64,000 nucleotides of DNA from assembly GCA_030704615.1 (NCBI GenBank), contig CM060732.1, positions 77,934,001 to 77,998,000 on the forward strand. Direction: 5' to 3'. Below the pieces are notes generated by a model. The model was not told the origin of the DNA, searched no databases, and saw nothing but the letters and a program-made list of their open reading frames with translations. This DNA is from Takakia lepidozioides. Lineage: Eukaryota; Plantae; Bryophyta. Below, in pieces: positions 61,901-64,000 of the stretch (positions are counted from its first letter, which is position 1; the number at the start of each line of letters is the position of its first letter). A program made the position numbers and the translations under genes.

Positions 61901-62363
61901 GAGACTGTCTTTCGACCTGGGGTGTGGACTCCAAATGTTCAAGACAAGAACACTACTAGGTGAGCTCTTCAAGGAGAATGGATTTCATATATGTGTGGTG
62001 GATTTGGGTGCTGGTTATGATAGTTGTCTAATATTGCCTCAACACCCTCTGTACCATTCCAGGGATTCCTTGGGGAGCATCTGAGAGCCATATCCATTCT
62101 AGTTAGTTACGCCTGCAGGGGACTGAGTGTTCCTTTTTTGTTGTGGGTTTTGGCAATGGGACTTCATAAATATGCATGCTCCTTTCACATGTCCAGAAGT
62201 AGAGGTTGTCATCTTGCATGGTATTTGCAAGTGAGGGCCTCCTCAAACAATTAGTTTGTTTCCGGTGCATGGTTATTGAAGATTGGTGTGTCATGGCAGG
62301 TCAGCAGAGCCCGAGGGACGAGGAGACACATTCAAACCTGGAACGTGGCAAGCTCCTAAGTAG
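58980..62363 (+). CDS. NDUFAF2: NDUFA12-family protein (complex I assembly factor NDUFAF2/mimitin-like), 8 exons, ~197 aa
   Basis: Exons 58980-59088, 59617-59673, 59788-59840, 60002-60053, 60169-60234, 60355-60423, 61836(or 61872)-61959, 62300-62363, in frame. Motifs G.DKAGN.YF, ERRWV.F, PVEWNSWLNGRR..APTPEE, EP.G.G.TFKPGTWQ.P. Confidence 0.88.
60900..61800 (-). mobile_element. Highly decayed LINE 3' relic in intron 6 of the NDUFAF2-like gene
   Basis: Minus strand GLRSS...LMMELGIQS resembles the post-RT LG....S...A...ELG..P motif; intron is unusually long. Confidence 0.35.
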
Positions 62364-62812
62364 CATATGCACTGGTTCATCACCCTCCAAATTTGCAAAA
62401 GTCCCCTGTCTAATCCCTAAAGAAGAGATGGACATCATTTTGAAGATTAGAGTAGCATTGTTACAAAGCAAATGGGCATCTCTTAAATTCTTAGAATGCA
62501 CACTAGAAACTCTAGAAACTCTAGAAGAGATGCCCATTCGAGGAACTCTAGAAGTGGACATGCTATGCAGGATTGCAAAAAAGTGCTGATTGTGTAGTTT
62601 GTTTAAGTGACTATCGGACATCGTAGAGTTGTGCATAACTTACTGTGCTAGCAATAACTAGTGACTTTCTTATTTCCCAGTTTGTCATCATGAGACCGTA
62701 TAGTTAAGGGGTGTTTAGAATGTTGTTGCTGTTCAGGCCACACTGCAAGATGTACCTTTCTAACCCATTGAACCAAATCCCAAACTCAGAAATTGCAATA
62801 TACCCAACAACA

Positions 62813-63556
62813 TCATTTTGCAGCCCCTTTGTGTTTGCTTTTCTTTCCTTTTCGAAAGGCTGACTGCTCTGAGACAATAATGGAGGGACTGTGGACGCCA
62901 GATGGCTTGGGTCTTTTCTTGAATGCAGATGCCCGGCTCCCGAAATCATCATCAACATCATCATCATCTTGGTCCCCTTCATCTTCCCCAGTACTGGGGG
63001 CCTTGGCTTGCTGGCCTTTATAATGTGAGATACTTGATTTTGAGATAGAATCAGAACCAGGACGATTCCTTGCAGCAATGATCTTTGCCCTAAGTTTTCG
63101 TTCCACTGGGTTCATGGTACTGGCCTGTGCATGAGGCAGGTACTTGGCTCCCAATCCCAGCCTGCATCATTTTAGCCCACATGTGACTTGGCTACTTCTC
63201 GTCAATCTCTCCCTCGTAATCTCCATCAGCGGCAATGCAGTCTCCCAAGACAATTCGAGAAATCTAATTCCCCTTGTCTGCCTTCTCTAAACCAAGCCAG
63301 GAGTTCACTGCCCCAAACAGAAACAGAGACAAATGCGCTGTCTGCCTCTCTCAGCTCTCTCTCACACATAATACCCGGATGATCATAATATTTCCTTCCT
63401 TTCTACACACAGACACAAACCTAGACGGTGTTCCCAGGATAGAGGGGTAACTGCACACCTGGCGGGGCGCATTTCAGGCACGGCATCTGCAGTTGACTCT
63501 TCATCGTTAGGGTCCACTTCCGTTCCTCCTGTCATGTTCTGCACCCATGCTTTCGC
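62813..63556 (-). CDS. 3' exons of a small conserved basic/acidic protein with RPxRLGLGAK motif (5' end unresolved)
   Basis: Exons 63556-63459 (AKAWVQNMT...MRPA) and 63161-62813 (RLGLGAKYLPH...VERKLRAKI...DDDD..SRASAF.K) splice in frame. Confidence 0.75.
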
Positions 63557-64000
63557 CTGCCAAATTTTCCAAAAAAACGATGACTCCAAGTAAGAGCAAG
63601 CTCCGCACCTGCTAGACCAGATGATCCGAAACAAGGGGAGAGAGTAGACAGGGCAAGGTCTAATAAAATCCATCTACAGGAAAAGACATGAGTTTCGTTG
63701 AGCCCACCTTCGAAACCTCAATCTCAGTGGCAATCAATGTCACTGGAACGGAAATCACTTGTTGATAATTTCATATAGCAGGGTGTCTCTTCCAGACTCG
63801 TGACTCTAATATTCACATAAAAACACCATCCATATACCACCTGAAGAGTAGCAATTGAAACGCAGCAGTTGTGAGGATTAGAGAGGGGGGCTCACAAGCT
63901 GAAGCGCCCTGTCCGTCACAACGACCTCCTTTCTGGAAACATTATGTGCTTCCTCTGATAGGGAAGACACGTTGCGATTAGCTTCCCCAGACACGGCCCA

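Noticed and set aside
1-64000. tRNA/rRNA genes
   Set aside because: No cloverleaf, A/B-box or rRNA-like sequence recognised by eye; tRNAscan-SE/Infernal would be needed to exclude them.

Overview
Nuclear genomic DNA of a land plant, most likely a non-seed plant. Evidence: GT-AG introns, a homogeneous PLS-class PPR-DYW gene, a chromovirus and an RGI-type LRR-RLK. The left ~19 kb is a nest of mobile DNA. A full-length, defective Ty3/Gypsy chromovirus (7850-13979, LTRs ~98% identical, 5-bp TSD) is inserted in a decayed Sola1/DUF7869-like DDE transposase gene. That gene appears to belong to a giant element family with Helentron/DINE-1-like ends: a nested GAA-loop hairpin at 19007-19042 and a 12-bp sub-terminal repeat GTCGCTAGAATA. 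The family carries MTase-like and FCP1/NIF-phosphatase-like cargo and a polarised 14-bp CpG-rich motif. Two copies seem to be nested in opposite orientation, joining at ~5064. The rest is gene-rich: a 7-exon divergent cysteine-synthase-family gene (-), a truncated MULE, a spliced TM-TPR-coiled-coil-HMA gene (+), an intronless GLYR2 (+), an RGI-like LRR-RLK (-), a PLS-PPR gene with an intact array but destroyed E/DYW tail (-), an 8-exon NDUFAF2/NDUFA12-family gene (+) and the 3' part of a conserved RLGLGAK-motif gene (-). LINE and short-retroposon relics are scattered, mostly in introns. Exon coordinates were derived by eye from splice signals and reading-frame continuity; no database searches were run.
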